Positions 10,418-20,266 of a DNA stretch of 36,695 nt are shown here, piece after piece. The stretch's first letter is position 1. Each line of letters opens with the position of its first letter. The notes under the pieces were generated by a model. The model made no database searches, was not told the DNA's origin, and saw only the letters and a list, made by a program, of their open reading frames with translations. The translations under genes were made by a program, and so were the position numbers. Origin of the DNA: a virus (taxonomy: Duplodnaviria > Heunggongvirae > Uroviricota > Caudoviricetes); IMG/VR virus record IMGVR_UViG_2531839665_000016, positions 1 to 36,695 of that record; one strand, 5' to 3'.

Positions 10418-10920
10418 CTGTGTCGTCGCTCCGGCTTCAGTGATTTACGCAATTCCCGCGCCAGAAAATAGCGTGTCCAGCTGCGGTTCTTTTCAAGAGT
10501 TTCCACCATAAAGTTATTACGTGGAGCCAGTCGCCAGCCGCTGCCACCGGATGCACCACGATGATGGCTGCGACGACGCTTTGCCCCTCGCCTCACGCCA
10601 TAGAACAGAAAAGCCGGATAAAAATCACCGGTGATACGGCGGTTTCCCTCTCCATTACGCTGGTTAGGGGCTATACGTGCCATAAAACCAGGGCGATGTT
10701 TACTGGCTCTGGGTACCATGTAACCAATCGAACGAGCCAGGCGTCCGGTCTGATAACCGGGGTTTTCACCCGGTGCCGACCGCGCACGGCGCATCACCAG
10801 CCGACGGGCATCACGCATATGACGCTGACCAATCGTGACAAACGCCCGCCTGACACGGGCGCGGTTAAAGCGCATCTCCGCGGGCTGCTGAAAATCAACG
10901 TGCAAAAAGGAAGTCGTCAT
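10414..10920 (-). CDS. Tail completion / head-tail joining protein (HK97 gp10 family-like)
   Basis: 168 aa basic protein; GDFYPAFLFYG-type motif; position after the head closure gene. Confidence 0.5.
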   Translation of the reverse strand: MTTSFLHVDFQQPAEMRFNRARVRRAFVTIGQRHMRDARRLVMRRARSAPGENPGYQTGRLARSIGYMVPRASKHRPGFMARIAPNQRNGEGNRRITGDFYPAFLFYGVRRGAKRRRSHHRGASGGSGWRLAPRNNFMVETLEKNRSWTRYFLARELRKSLKPERRHR

Positions 10921-11305
10921 TGTTGCCTCCGTGACTCTGCCTACATTCGCCCAGCTCCGTACACTCCAGCAGCAGAAAGCGCCGCGCCCCGTTCAGATCG
11001 CGCTGACGTTTCACCCGGTACACACTGTCACCGCAGACCACCTCATAATCAGCGGTGATCCCCCGGCGGTAACGAATGGTGATGTAATGGGTGATGGCGT
11101 CCCCGGTCTGCGCGGTTTCCTGCCAGGTGGTGGCACTGGTCTGGATAACCTTCGCCCATGTCCGGAACGTAACCGGGTATTGAGGCTCCACGCCAAAGTT
11201 ATCCGCGGGCATATCCACCCGCAGGCGGATCAGGACGCGTTTATTCAGTTCACCGGGGTCCGGCAGAATGTAGGTTGCGCTGGTCTGCGCCTGACGAATT
11301 TTCAT
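10895..11305 (-). CDS. Head closure / head-tail adaptor protein
   Basis: 136 aa; position downstream of the connector gene in the HK97-like order. Confidence 0.5.
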   Translation of the reverse strand: MKIRQAQTSATYILPDPGELNKRVLIRLRVDMPADNFGVEPQYPVTFRTWAKVIQTSATTWQETAQTGDAITHYITIRYRRGITADYEVVCGDSVYRVKRQRDLNGARRFLLLECTELGECRQSHGGNNDDFLFAR

Positions 11306-11625
11306 TGCGGAAAGTACCTGTACGGGCCGACAAGCCAGCCAAAACTCTGCGGCATGTCGAGTTTCTCCACTTCCGTAACCGACGAGCGGTTTTCGTAAAA
11401 ATGGCTGATAAGCATCAGCATCCCCAGACGAATATCATCCGGCAGGTGCAGCCCGTCCGGATCGCTGTCCGGAATGGTTTCATCCGGAGCATAGAGCTTC
11501 CGGTTCAGATACGTTTCCGTCCGCTTTTGCGCCGCACAGGCCAGCAGTTGCAGATGGCGGTCATCAGCATCGAAATCCTCATCCAGCCGGAGTTGGGCTT
11601 TAATCTCTTCCATTGTCAGAAGCAT
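11302..11625 (-). CDS. Head-tail connector protein (gp6-like)
   Basis: 107 aa, acidic; position after the capsid gene. Confidence 0.5.
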   Translation of the reverse strand: MLLTMEEIKAQLRLDEDFDADDRHLQLLACAAQKRTETYLNRKLYAPDETIPDSDPDGLHLPDDIRLGMLMLISHFYENRSSVTEVEKLDMPQSFGWLVGPYRYFPQ

Positions 11626-11627
11626 AC

Positions 11628-11828
11628 TCAGCCCTCTTTACTGGTCGTGGCTTTTTTCTCTTTTGTCGCTTTACTGCTTTTTGCACTGGTTCCGCGCTCT
11701 GCTAACCCGGCCTGAAGTGCAATCTCCTGCACCCGGGCAGGAAGCGCCCCGTCGTCATACTCACCGGCCCGAATGACCTCAACACGCATACCGTCCGGTG
11801 ACCATTTCAGATCTTGTTTCAGGATCAT
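11628..11828 (-). CDS. Small hypothetical head-module protein
   Basis: 66 aa ORF packed between the capsid and connector genes; Lys/Thr/Ser-rich C-terminus. Confidence 0.4.
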   Translation of the reverse strand: MILKQDLKWSPDGMRVEVIRAGEYDDGALPARVQEIALQAGLAERGTSAKSSKATKEKKATTSKEG

Positions 11829-11877
11829 GATTCTTCACCCGTCAAAACAGGGGGCGCGGTTCCGCGCCCCTGAATGA

Positions 11878-13083
11878 TTACGCCGCTGCAATCTTCAGCA
11901 GTTTGATGGCCTGCGAATCGACCAGCATCCCGCCGGTGCGCTTGGTGGTATAAAAACCGACAAACGGTTTATTGGTGTACGGGTCACGCAGAATGCGGGT
12001 GCCGATACGGTCAACGATGGTGTAACCCCGTTTGAAGTTACCAAATGCAATGGCTTTCGCATCAGCGGCGATATCCGGCATCTGTTCGTTTTCAGCGATA
12101 CCGTAACCCGCCAGAGAGGACGGCTGCCCCAGTTCCAGCCCCGGACGCCACAGATAGTTACCCTCGCTGTCTTTAAGCAGACGGATGGCAAACAGGCTGT
12201 TGTTGTTCATCATGAACTTCGCGCCAGTGCGGTGTGCCTTACGCAGCGTGTAAATCAGTTTGATAATGGCGTCTGCGGTCACCGCGGTCGCTTCGCCGGA
12301 TACAATATGCTGAAGTTTGCCGAACGCCCGGACCTTGTCGGTTTCATCAGTGGATTCATACGCCAGGAACCCTTTCGGCTTCTTGGTGCCATCGCCTGAG
12401 GTAAAGGCAATTTCTTCCTGTTCGGCAAATTCGGTTGCCAGCTCGCTGTTGATCCATGCCTCCACGTTGAAGAAGGCATCGTCCAGCATTTTCTGGGTAG
12501 CCTGCGGGTTGCCGTAGATTTCCCCCATGAGAGGTTCAATCAGCTCCAGTCTGGAGGTGGCAGTCTGGGATCGCGCGTCAGTCTCGCCAACCCATCCGGA
12601 AGCCGTACCGCCCAGATTCACCAGTTTTTTGTAGTCGGAGCCGCCAACGGTGATCACCGTGGCTTCCTGACGCATCACCACTTCATCTTTCAGCAGGTTA
12701 AGAATGTTGCGATCCAGTTCTTCCGGCACGGCGTAGCCACCGTCTTCATCGGTGCCCACCTGCAATGCCTTACGCTCCAGATCGCGCAGACCGTCTTCAC
12801 GGCCTTTACGCAGGAAGCCCACAAACGCCTCTTTATGCTCGGTGGCCAGTTTATTTTGCGCTCCACCTGCCGGACGTTTCAGCTCAATCAGCTCTTTTTC
12901 AAGGTCGCTTTTGAGATTTTCCAGCTCGCTGAGTTTCCCGTTCAGGGTTTCCACCTGCCCGGCAAGCTTGCCTTTTTCCTGCTCAATCGCATCCACGCGC
13001 TTGTCGTTCTTTGCTTTGAAGTCGTCAAACTTCTGCTGCAGCTCCTGCGCGACCTGTTCGACATCTTTAATATCAACCGCCAT
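11878..13083 (-). CDS. Major capsid protein, HK97 family
   Basis: 401 aa; N-terminal coiled-coil delta-like region followed by an HK97-fold capsid region; follows the prohead protease. Confidence 0.85.
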   Translation of the reverse strand: MAVDIKDVEQVAQELQQKFDDFKAKNDKRVDAIEQEKGKLAGQVETLNGKLSELENLKSDLEKELIELKRPAGGAQNKLATEHKEAFVGFLRKGREDGLRDLERKALQVGTDEDGGYAVPEELDRNILNLLKDEVVMRQEATVITVGGSDYKKLVNLGGTASGWVGETDARSQTATSRLELIEPLMGEIYGNPQATQKMLDDAFFNVEAWINSELATEFAEQEEIAFTSGDGTKKPKGFLAYESTDETDKVRAFGKLQHIVSGEATAVTADAIIKLIYTLRKAHRTGAKFMMNNNSLFAIRLLKDSEGNYLWRPGLELGQPSSLAGYGIAENEQMPDIAADAKAIAFGNFKRGYTIVDRIGTRILRDPYTNKPFVGFYTTKRTGGMLVDSQAIKLLKIAAA

Positions 13084-13097
13084 CGTATTTCTCCTGA

Positions 13098-13784
13098 TTA
13101 GAAGTTCAGATTTTTCAGTGCATTCAGTGCAGAGCCCACATCCTCAGCGTCGCGCAGGGACAGTGCGCCATAGCCCCCGGCCATGAATGCTTTGGCCTGG
13201 GTACGGGAGAGTCCGACATCACGCAGGACTCTTTCGATTTTTTTCTGTTCGGGGATTTCCCCGCGGGCCAGTGCGTTCTTGACGTCGCTGATCCGCGCCT
13301 CGTCGTTAGACGGGAACGTCACCAGGCTGACTTCCCAGAGGTCGATTTCTTTCAGCAGAAAGGCTTCTTTGCTCCGGTCGTATTCCCAGTCTTTCAGGAC
13401 GTACCCAATAGAAAGGCCGGTTAACGAACCGGCCTTCATGTGTGCATGTGCGCGTTTTGCGAGGGGATCATCATCAATAAGCAACCGTCCCCTGACGTAA
13501 AGCCCGACATCGTCTTCCTTCATTTCGGTGTAAACACCGATGGGTTCATCCATGCGGTGCTGCCAGAGCAGCGCAGGTAACGCTTTTCTGTCACTCCACG
13601 CCCGCAGGGAGGCGGCAAATGCCCCGGACATCACCACATCATCGTGGCTGTCCTTTACACCAAAGACGGAGCCATACCCTTCAAACTCACCGGAGTCACT
13701 GACAGACTTCAGACTCAGCGGTACATCAAGACGTTGTTTCGTCTGCATTGGCGTTATCCTTCTGCTTACCGGCTTTACTGCCAT
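13098..13784 (-). CDS. Prohead protease, HK97 family
   Basis: 228 aa; typical HK97 prohead protease N-terminus (SGEFEGYGSVFGVKDSHDDVVMSGAF); between portal and capsid. Confidence 0.8.
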   Translation of the reverse strand: MAVKPVSRRITPMQTKQRLDVPLSLKSVSDSGEFEGYGSVFGVKDSHDDVVMSGAFAASLRAWSDRKALPALLWQHRMDEPIGVYTEMKEDDVGLYVRGRLLIDDDPLAKRAHAHMKAGSLTGLSIGYVLKDWEYDRSKEAFLLKEIDLWEVSLVTFPSNDEARISDVKNALARGEIPEQKKIERVLRDVGLSRTQAKAFMAGGYGALSLRDAEDVGSALNALKNLNF

Positions 13785-14967
13785 CGGAGGGTTTCGTGGT
13801 CATGTTCATCGGTGTGAGATAGACATCACCACCGGGACGCGGATTCATATCTTCCAGATCGCGGCAGTCATTGGGAGAGTAAATTCCCCAGTTGATCCCG
13901 GTGGCGTAGGCTTCAAAACGGGACTTCATATCCCCGCGCAGTAACGCCCCGGCGTTAAATTTGGCGTAATAAACGCCCTGCTTACTTTTTCGTACCAGTC
14001 CGGTGTTGATCCGCTGTTCGATGCGGGTCAGATACGGCACCAGTGAATAGTTGATAAATCCCAGCCCCAGCTCTTCGATATTGTTGAAGGTGGCGCGATC
14101 GGTGTTCTGCACCATGTGCAACGGCACCCGGAACAGACGACAGATTTCTTCAAGCTGAAACTTGCGGGTTTCCAGGAACTGGCTGTCCTCGGCGTTCAGC
14201 GCCATCGACTTCCAGTCCAGCCCCATCTCAAGGATCATCGGGCGGTGAGCATTACCAAGCCCGGTGTGACGCTCCTCAAAATCTTTCTTCAGGCGCTCAT
14301 AAGCCTGATCCGACAGCGTCTGTTCTGTACGCAACACACCCGACGTCACCGCGCCATTGCTGAACAGTCTGGCCCCGTGCTCTTCGGTCGCAGCTGCCAG
14401 CGATATTGCCTCGCGGGCATAGGCGATGGGATTCAGTCCCACCAGACCGTCCAGCGTCAGCGTGCGCACATGCCAGATATCTTCCTGGCTCAGTACATCC
14501 GTGGAGCCGTCCGGGAATGTGACCTGGTAAACCGGTTCCCAGCTACTGTTAAGCTTCGGTACCACACAACCGGGATCGACGGGCAGCAGTTCAGCCACTT
14601 CGCCAAACGCTTTCACTTTGTAGGCGTAAAAGTTTCCCCGCAGGCACAGACAGGTGACCACCAGCTCCCAGAACTCCTGCGGCGTCATATAGCCATTGGG
14701 ATGCGTGGAGATCAGCTTATGCAGACGTTCGCCAGTGGCTCTCTGCTTCAGGCTGCCGTTCAGGTGATACAGGTTGCAGGGCAACATCCCGACCGACTCC
14801 GCCAGCACCCTGACGCAGGAAAAAACCGCCGTCAGTCGCATGGCCCTCTGGCTGCTGATCTGCTTTCCGGTATAGGTGTCGTATGACAGCCCGATAGCAT
14901 CCGCCAGCTCTGCTGGCGTGGTCACCGGTGCGTCACTTTTTCGTTGAAATAATCCCGAAAAGAACAC
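13726..14967 (-). CDS. Portal protein, HK97 family
   Basis: 413 aa; portal-like N-terminal motif (MRLTAVFSCVRVLAESV); downstream of terminase. Confidence 0.85.
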   Translation of the reverse strand: MFFSGLFQRKSDAPVTTPAELADAIGLSYDTYTGKQISSQRAMRLTAVFSCVRVLAESVGMLPCNLYHLNGSLKQRATGERLHKLISTHPNGYMTPQEFWELVVTCLCLRGNFYAYKVKAFGEVAELLPVDPGCVVPKLNSSWEPVYQVTFPDGSTDVLSQEDIWHVRTLTLDGLVGLNPIAYAREAISLAAATEEHGARLFSNGAVTSGVLRTEQTLSDQAYERLKKDFEERHTGLGNAHRPMILEMGLDWKSMALNAEDSQFLETRKFQLEEICRLFRVPLHMVQNTDRATFNNIEELGLGFINYSLVPYLTRIEQRINTGLVRKSKQGVYYAKFNAGALLRGDMKSRFEAYATGINWGIYSPNDCRDLEDMNPRPGGDVYLTPMNMTTKPSDGSKAGKQKDNANADETTS

Positions 14968-15149
14968 TATTTACCTCCACCAACAGACATCTGTGTACGG
15001 TCGAGATATCGCGCCACCAGCCACGACCAGAACAGGCACAACGCCCCGGCAACAACAAACCCCGCAGGGGGATAAATCAGCCAGGCCCCATACGCCAGCA
15101 AAAGCCCCCCCAGCACGCCCACCAGAGGCGCGAGAATCAGCATGATCAT
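14967..15149 (-). CDS. Small hydrophobic protein between terminase and portal
   Basis: 60 aa with two predicted hydrophobic helices; ATGA overlap with the portal start. Confidence 0.4.
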   Translation of the reverse strand: MIMLILAPLVGVLGGLLLAYGAWLIYPPAGFVVAGALCLFWSWLVARYLDRTQMSVGGGK

Positions 15150-15160
15150 AATTACCTCAG

Positions 15161-16894
15161 TTAAAGCGAGCGGATCCCGTAGGACTCAATGTGATCAGAC
15201 AGCGTGTCTTCTTTCTCGTACAGCATGGCTCTGCCAACCGCCATAATCAGCGCAACTGCACCGTCAATTTTGTTTTCCGCCTGCTCTTTGACGGGTTTCA
15301 CCACATCATCGTTACCCGGCATGTTTTTGCCGACCACGTTGCCGATACACCAGGTCATGATGGGATTGCCGTCATGATGAAAACGTCCCGATTCAATCGC
15401 TGCTTCCAGCTCTTTCATCGGATCGGACATATTGGTGAAGTTCTGGAAGATAGTGACGGGATTCAGGTCTTCATCAGCAAGGTCATGTGACAGCCCGGTC
15501 GCCCCGAAGGGGTCGATGGGTGACTCGCTGACCGGGCTGATTTTGTTCGCCGCTTTGGCCTCTTCGAGGATGTAGCGATAATCCACCTCTGCACCATCGG
15601 TAACGGTCAGGACGCCCATTTCCACCCATTTCTGAAAGCGTTCGGCTGTCCGGCGATCTTCATTTTTCTCGACGCTGTACACCGTGTCATACGGTACCCA
15701 GAAACGCGGGGCCACACTGTAGTAATGCGTTTTACCGTCAATCTCGCGGGTATAAAGTCGCGCCATGCTGTTCATATCCAGTTTACGCGCCAGGTCAAAG
15801 GCCAGAATGCACGGCTGCCCCTCGAATTGCTCAAGAGTCAGTGATTTATCCTCGCAGCTCTGCCAGCTCACCAGGTTGAAATACGCCGAACGCGCCGACA
15901 CCCAGATATTGAGGTGTTTTGTTTTAAAGACGTTTGCCAGACGGGCGTTATTTTTCGCACGCTGTTGCTGACTTAACAAAAACTCACGGTAAACCGACAC
16001 CCCGATATTCTGGTTAGCTTTTTCCAGCACCTGTGGGTTGGTCCAGTCGTCACCTTCGTCAACGGTATAGATGATCCCGAACAGTTCATCGTTGGGTACC
16101 GAACCGTTGAGCATCTCGATAACTTCCCGCCGTTTGTCGTAGCACGGCCCCTCAATGTTGTACCCGGCAGTAGTAATGGCCCACATCAGTGGCTGACGTC
16201 GCGCCCCCATCCCGGTAAGCATTGTGGTATAAAGCGCATCGGTGGCATGCTCGTGATATTCATCAACCACGGCACAGTGGGGTGATGAACCATCACCTGG
16301 GTTGCCGATCAGCGGTTCAAACCGCGCGCCATCCTCCGGACGGTTCATGTTTGAGGCGTTAACCTCAATCCCGAACGCTTCCGTCAGCATGGGTGTGCGT
16401 TTACACATCAGTCGTGCCGGGCGAAAGACTTCCCACGCCTGTTTCTCTGTCGTGGCACCGGAATACACTTCCGCGCCAAACTCGTTATCACAGGCAAAAC
16501 AATACAGGGCAACACCGGCAGAGATTGCTGATTTGCCGTTCTTACGGGGGATTTCGGTGTACACCTCCCGGAAGCGGCGCAACCGGGTGCCTTTATTGAC
16601 CCAGCCAAACGCACAGCAGATCACAAATAGCTGCCACGGCTCCAGCGTGATGGGCATCCGTTTGAATGCCCACTCCCCCTTGGTGTGCGGCAACAGCTGA
16701 ATAAATTTGGCGGCCCGTTCAGCCAGATCCTTGTCGAAGCGGTAACGAAACGACTTACTTTTTTCCGCCATCAGGTCATCAAGATGGCGCTGGCAGGCCT
16801 GAATCACAAACTGGCAGGCCACAATCTTTCCGCGCACGACATCCCGGGCATACTGATTGGCAGCATTTACGTTGGGGTAAGATTTCCGGCTCAT
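15161..16894 (-). CDS. Terminase large subunit
   Basis: 577 aa; ATPase and nuclease-like regions; follows the small subunit with a 4 nt overlap. Confidence 0.85.
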   Translation of the reverse strand: MSRKSYPNVNAANQYARDVVRGKIVACQFVIQACQRHLDDLMAEKSKSFRYRFDKDLAERAAKFIQLLPHTKGEWAFKRMPITLEPWQLFVICCAFGWVNKGTRLRRFREVYTEIPRKNGKSAISAGVALYCFACDNEFGAEVYSGATTEKQAWEVFRPARLMCKRTPMLTEAFGIEVNASNMNRPEDGARFEPLIGNPGDGSSPHCAVVDEYHEHATDALYTTMLTGMGARRQPLMWAITTAGYNIEGPCYDKRREVIEMLNGSVPNDELFGIIYTVDEGDDWTNPQVLEKANQNIGVSVYREFLLSQQQRAKNNARLANVFKTKHLNIWVSARSAYFNLVSWQSCEDKSLTLEQFEGQPCILAFDLARKLDMNSMARLYTREIDGKTHYYSVAPRFWVPYDTVYSVEKNEDRRTAERFQKWVEMGVLTVTDGAEVDYRYILEEAKAANKISPVSESPIDPFGATGLSHDLADEDLNPVTIFQNFTNMSDPMKELEAAIESGRFHHDGNPIMTWCIGNVVGKNMPGNDDVVKPVKEQAENKIDGAVALIMAVGRAMLYEKEDTLSDHIESYGIRSL

Positions 16895-17394
16895 GATTCG
16901 ATAATTTTCAGAAACGGGTTAGTGGCTTTCTTCTGCCCCGCCAGGCCAATCAGACGCTGGCGGCTGCTGGGGTCGAGTCCGAGCATTGCCCCCGTACTGC
17001 TCATCTCGGACTCCTGTTCTTTTTTGGCGGTCAGCTCAGGATTTTTGACCATACCGCCCATTGCACCGGTGATGGTGTTGCCCTGTCTGGCAATATTTTT
17101 CACGGCACGTCGCCAGAACTCGTAGGCCACGCACCACCGCTCAAGCACCGCGAGGTCAGTCACGCACAGCAGGCCCTGACCGCAGAGTTCTTTGGTTGTC
17201 AGTTGCCACATGATCGTGGCGAGAGGGAGATCTTCTTCAGCGAACCACTCCGGTGGCTCAACACCTTTGATGGGCGTAAAAACAGGTTCATCTTTGTTCA
17301 GGGCTCGCTTGCCGGGATTTCCGGCCAGCGCCTTGCGCGCCGTTGGCTTGGGGCGACGCCCGGAACGCCCCGCCGTTCCAGCCATATGCGGCAC
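16891..17394 (-). CDS. Terminase small subunit (P27 family-like)
   Basis: 167 aa basic protein immediately upstream of the large terminase. Confidence 0.7.
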   Translation of the reverse strand: MPHMAGTAGRSGRRPKPTARKALAGNPGKRALNKDEPVFTPIKGVEPPEWFAEEDLPLATIMWQLTTKELCGQGLLCVTDLAVLERWCVAYEFWRRAVKNIARQGNTITGAMGGMVKNPELTAKKEQESEMSSTGAMLGLDPSSRQRLIGLAGQKKATNPFLKIIES

Positions 17395-17435
17395 TCCTGG
17401 TTAAATTTCATTTTTCGCGGGTATAAAAAAACGAT

Positions 17436-17484
17436 GGGGCGGGCAGTCCGGAAGACGTCAGGTCACAGGGATTTGACCCGCCCC
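17436..17484. repeat. GC-rich inverted repeat between HNH and terS (GGGGCGGG ... CCCGCCCC); candidate packaging (cos) element or transcriptional hairpin
   Basis: Perfect 8-nt inverted repeat with a spacer of about 33 nt, read directly from the sequence. Confidence 0.3.
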
Positions 17485-17510
17485 TCCCCTCTGGCAGTGG
17501 GAACTGGTTC

Positions 17511-17861
17511 TTACTTCAGCCGTTCACGGGCCGTCTTCGCCTTATGACACGGCCAGCACAAACTCTGCAGATTACTGTCGACATCAGTGCCGCCATGCGA
17601 TTTAGGGATGATGTGGTCAACGGTCTTCGCCTCACGCACCACACCAGCACGCAGACATAACTGACACAGGCCTTTGTCACGCTTCAGGACACGCGCGCGG
17701 ATACTGTCCCACTTCGAACCGTAGCCGCGCTGATGACGGGATTGTCCAGGTTTGTATTGCTTCCAGCCTTCGCTTTTGTGGCTTTCGCAGTAGCCTGAAG
17801 GGTCCGTGGTTGTAGAGCGGCAGCCGCGAACACGGCAGGCTTTTGGGGTTCGTGGGGGCAT
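17511..17861 (-). CDS. HNH endonuclease (terminase-associated)
   Basis: 116 aa; Cys-rich zinc-finger region with HNH motif (DHIIPKSHGG...CWPCHKAK); located next to the terminase genes as in HK97-like cos phages. Confidence 0.8.
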   Translation of the reverse strand: MPPRTPKACRVRGCRSTTTDPSGYCESHKSEGWKQYKPGQSRHQRGYGSKWDSIRARVLKRDKGLCQLCLRAGVVREAKTVDHIIPKSHGGTDVDSNLQSLCWPCHKAKTARERLK

Positions 17862-18385
17862 ATGTACTCCAATGAAGAAACCAGCGAAATAGCTGCCTTC
17901 ATTCGTAGTAAACCTTTTTCATCAACGCAGTAATGGATTCTTTGAAGAGTCGCAATCAATACAACTCACTAATGGAGAGACTTGTCTCACGCATGAGACA
18001 AATTTCCCGTTTGAATTAATGGACACTATAGAGGGACAGAATGCCTTCCTCACTCGAATCACATCAATTAAGGAAGTTCAACATGTTTCATTCCACAAGT
18101 CATCAGGCTGTAATTATGGCAGCATCAGTTTGTGCCACAGACCTTTTCCGCTTCACTTTGTGCCTGATTCATTTCTACCTGACCGGCTCGCTTCTATCTT
18201 TTTAATCCCCGCTTTATCCAAATTGCATTGCCAGAATGCCGACAACAGACTGACATTCAAATCCTGACTACCTCCAATAGTCTGACCGTACACCTATATA
18301 GTTTTAATTTTCATCAATCCATTTAACTATCGTTTAATTGTTGTCACATAGGATTCTGCCGTTTTTAACAATGCAGGATAATAAG

Positions 18386-18679
18386 ATGAAAAAAATGTTG
18401 TTTTCTGCCGCTCTGGCAATGCTTATTACAGGATGTGCTCAACAGACGTTTACTGTTGGAAACAAACCGACAGCAGTAACACCAAAGGAAACCATCACCC
18501 ATCATTTCTTCGTTTCGGGAATTGGACAGCAGAAAACTGTTGATGCAGCCAAAATTTGTGGCGGCGCAGAAAATGTTGTTAAAACAGAAACCCAGCAAAC
18601 ATTCGTAAATGGATTGCTCGGTTTTATTACTTTAGGCATTTATACTCCGCTGGAAGCGCGGGTGTATTGCTCACAATAA
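18386..18679 (+). CDS. bor: Bor lipoprotein (Bor/Iss family)
   Basis: 97 aa from MKKM; lipobox LITGC; near-identical to my recollection of lambda Bor; AGGA Shine-Dalgarno 7 nt upstream; opposite strand to the lysis genes as in lambda. Confidence 0.9.
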   Translation: MKKMLFSAALAMLITGCAQQTFTVGNKPTAVTPKETITHHFFVSGIGQQKTVDAAKICGGAENVVKTETQQTFVNGLLGFITLGIYTPLEARVYCSQ

Positions 18680-18710
18680 TTGCATGAGTTGCCCATCGAT
18701 ATGGGCAGCT

Positions 18711-19172
18711 CTATCTGCACTGCTCATTAATATACTTCTGGGTTCCTTCCAGTTGTTTTTGCATAGTGATCAGCCTCTCTCTGAGAGTGAAATAATCCCG
18801 TTCAGCGGTGTCTGCCAGTCGGGGGGAGGCTGCATTATCCATGCCGGAGGCGGTGGTGGCTTCACGCACTGACTGACAGACTGCTTTGATGTGCAACCGA
18901 CGACGACCAGCGGCAACATCATCACGCAGAGCATCATTTTCAGCTTTCGCATCAGCTAACTCCTTCGTGTATTTTGCATCGAGCGCAGCGACATCACGTT
19001 GGCGCACCTGCATGTCAGTAATTGTCGAGTTCGCCAGCTTCAGTTCTCTGGCATTTTTGTCGCGCTGGGCTTTGTAGGTAATGGCGTTATCACGGTAATG
19101 ATTAACCGCCCATGACAGACAGACGATGATGCAGATAACCAGAGCGGAGATAATCGCGGTTAATCTGTTCAT
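18711..19172 (-). CDS. Rz: Rz i-spanin
   Basis: 153 aa; N-terminal TM helix and coiled-coil periplasmic domain; lambda Rz-like; overlaps the endolysin stop. Confidence 0.85.
   Translation of the reverse strand: MNRLTAIISALVICIIVCLSWAVNHYRDNAITYKAQRDKNARELKLANSTITDMQVRQRDVAALDAKYTKELADAKAENDALRDDVAAGRRRLHIKAVCQSVREATTASGMDNAASPRLADTAERDYFTLRERLITMQKQLEGTQKYINEQCR
18770..18952 (-). CDS. Rz1: Rz1 o-spanin lipoprotein embedded in Rz (+1 frame)
   Basis: 60 aa; lipobox VVGC; proline-rich; fully embedded within Rz as in lambda. Confidence 0.8.
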   Translation of the reverse strand: MRKLKMMLCVMMLPLVVVGCTSKQSVSQCVKPPPPPAWIMQPPPDWQTPLNGIISLSERG

Positions 19173-19645
19173 ACCTCAATCTCTCTGACCATTCCGCCCG
19201 CTTCTTTGAATTTTGCAATCAGGCTGTCAGCCTTATGCTCGAACTGACCATAACCAGCGCCCGGCAGTGAAGCCCAGATATTGCTGCAACGGTCGATAGC
19301 CTGACGAATATCACCGCGATCAATCATCGGTAAAGCGCCACGCTCTTTAATCTGTTGCAGTGCCACAGCGTCCTGGCTTTTCGGAGAGAAGTCTTTCAGG
19401 CCAAGCTGCTTGCGGTAAGCATCCCACCAGCGTGAAAGAAGTTGATAACGGCCTGCAGCTGTTGATTTGAGTTTCGGGTTTAGCGTGACAAGTTTGCGAG
19501 GGTGATCGGAGTAATCAGTGAAGAGTTCTCCACCGACAATAACGTCATAACCGTGGTTACGTGTCGGTTGTCGCCCGTTATCCGTTCCCTCTGACCATGC
19601 CACCATATCCAGGAAAGCTTTACGCTGGGAATTTAGTACCTGCAT
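19169..19645 (-). CDS. R: Endolysin, lambda R-type lytic transglycosylase
   Basis: 158 aa, near-identical to my recollection of lambda R ([34 protein letters not shown]...). Confidence 0.9.
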   Translation of the reverse strand: MQVLNSQRKAFLDMVAWSEGTDNGRQPTRNHGYDVIVGGELFTDYSDHPRKLVTLNPKLKSTAAGRYQLLSRWWDAYRKQLGLKDFSPKSQDAVALQQIKERGALPMIDRGDIRQAIDRCSNIWASLPGAGYGQFEHKADSLIAKFKEAGGMVREIEV

Positions 19646-19648
19646 AAA

Positions 19649-19975
19649 TTACTCCTTAGAGCCACCAAACTTGTTACCGATTACTCTCATTGCAGCCCCA
19701 CGAATAGCATCAACACCGATCAGCCCCACCCCACCACCAATGGCAACAGATAGTGATTTAGGCCATCCGACATACTCAAGAGCGGATGCAAAAGTCAGCG
19801 TCAGAGCGCCACAGAGTAGAATTTCGAGTGTTTTTCGCTTCCAGCCGCCACCACCGCCAAAATAGGCAATACGTAAACCAGCCATAACAATCGACATAAT
19901 CACTGCGCCCAGCGGTGTGTCTCCACGCCACCAGCTCTGGACCAACTCCAGCCATGTATTTGGGTTATGAGGCAT
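19649..19975 (-). CDS. Holin
   Basis: 108 aa with two to three hydrophobic helices and a charged C-terminus; immediately upstream of the endolysin; GAGG ribosome-binding site upstream. Confidence 0.7.
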   Translation of the reverse strand: MPHNPNTWLELVQSWWRGDTPLGAVIMSIVMAGLRIAYFGGGGGWKRKTLEILLCGALTLTFASALEYVGWPKSLSVAIGGGVGLIGVDAIRGAAMRVIGNKFGGSKE

Positions 19976-20114
19976 TTGTAGTTATCTCTCACCTCGCTGA
20001 TACAGCAGGTGCAAATTGAGGAAACATCATGTACCGCAAATCAGAAGCGGAAACGTCAAAGAAGCCGAGTCAATGGATAACTGCGGGATAGGCTAGGACC
20101 AAGGAATCCCCAGA

Positions 20115-20149
20115 CCCAGAAACGACAAAACCCGCTCGATGGCGGGTTT
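20115..20149 (-). terminator. Intrinsic terminator on the minus strand, tR'-like (end of a short late leader RNA?)
   Basis: Hairpin AAACCCGC-CATCGA-GCGGGTTT followed by TGTCGTTTCT on the minus strand, upstream of the holin, at the position expected for lambdoid tR'. Confidence 0.45.
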
Positions 20150-20209
20150 AAGCTGTGTGGCGAAGTAAGCACACTTAACAGATTACGATATTTTTTGCGT
20201 ACGCGTTAG

Positions 20210-20266
20210 TGTTTTGATAGAATTTTCAGCCACATAAAAATTCATTCTTATAATTCGGGATATATA
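20210..20266 (+). promoter_or_regulatory. Putative promoter region of the inserted two-gene operon; the late promoter pR' (minus strand) is expected within the same 140-bp interval
   Basis: TTGATA (20214-20219) and a perfect TATAAT (20249-20254) upstream of ATG 20267, but spacing is non-canonical, so this is only a region-level call. GGGA Shine-Dalgarno at 20257-20260. Confidence 0.3.

Noticed and set aside
9881-10471. 196-aa plus-strand ORF antisense to the gp37-like and tail completion genes
   Set aside because: Antisense to a co-linear, translationally coupled minus-strand operon; no ribosome-binding site or family support.
14116-14886. 256-aa plus-strand ORF antisense to the portal gene
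   Set aside because: The portal protein on the minus strand is well supported by motif and synteny. Long antisense ORFs are common in high-GC coding DNA, and there is no independent support.
17862-18385. ORFs 17684-17959 (minus strand) and 18019-18267 (plus strand) in the HNH-bor interval; also possible tRNA
   Set aside because: No ribosome-binding sites and no family resemblance; one overlaps HNH. I could not fold any cloverleaf-like tRNA here; the interval probably holds the bor promoter and packaging-proximal non-coding DNA.
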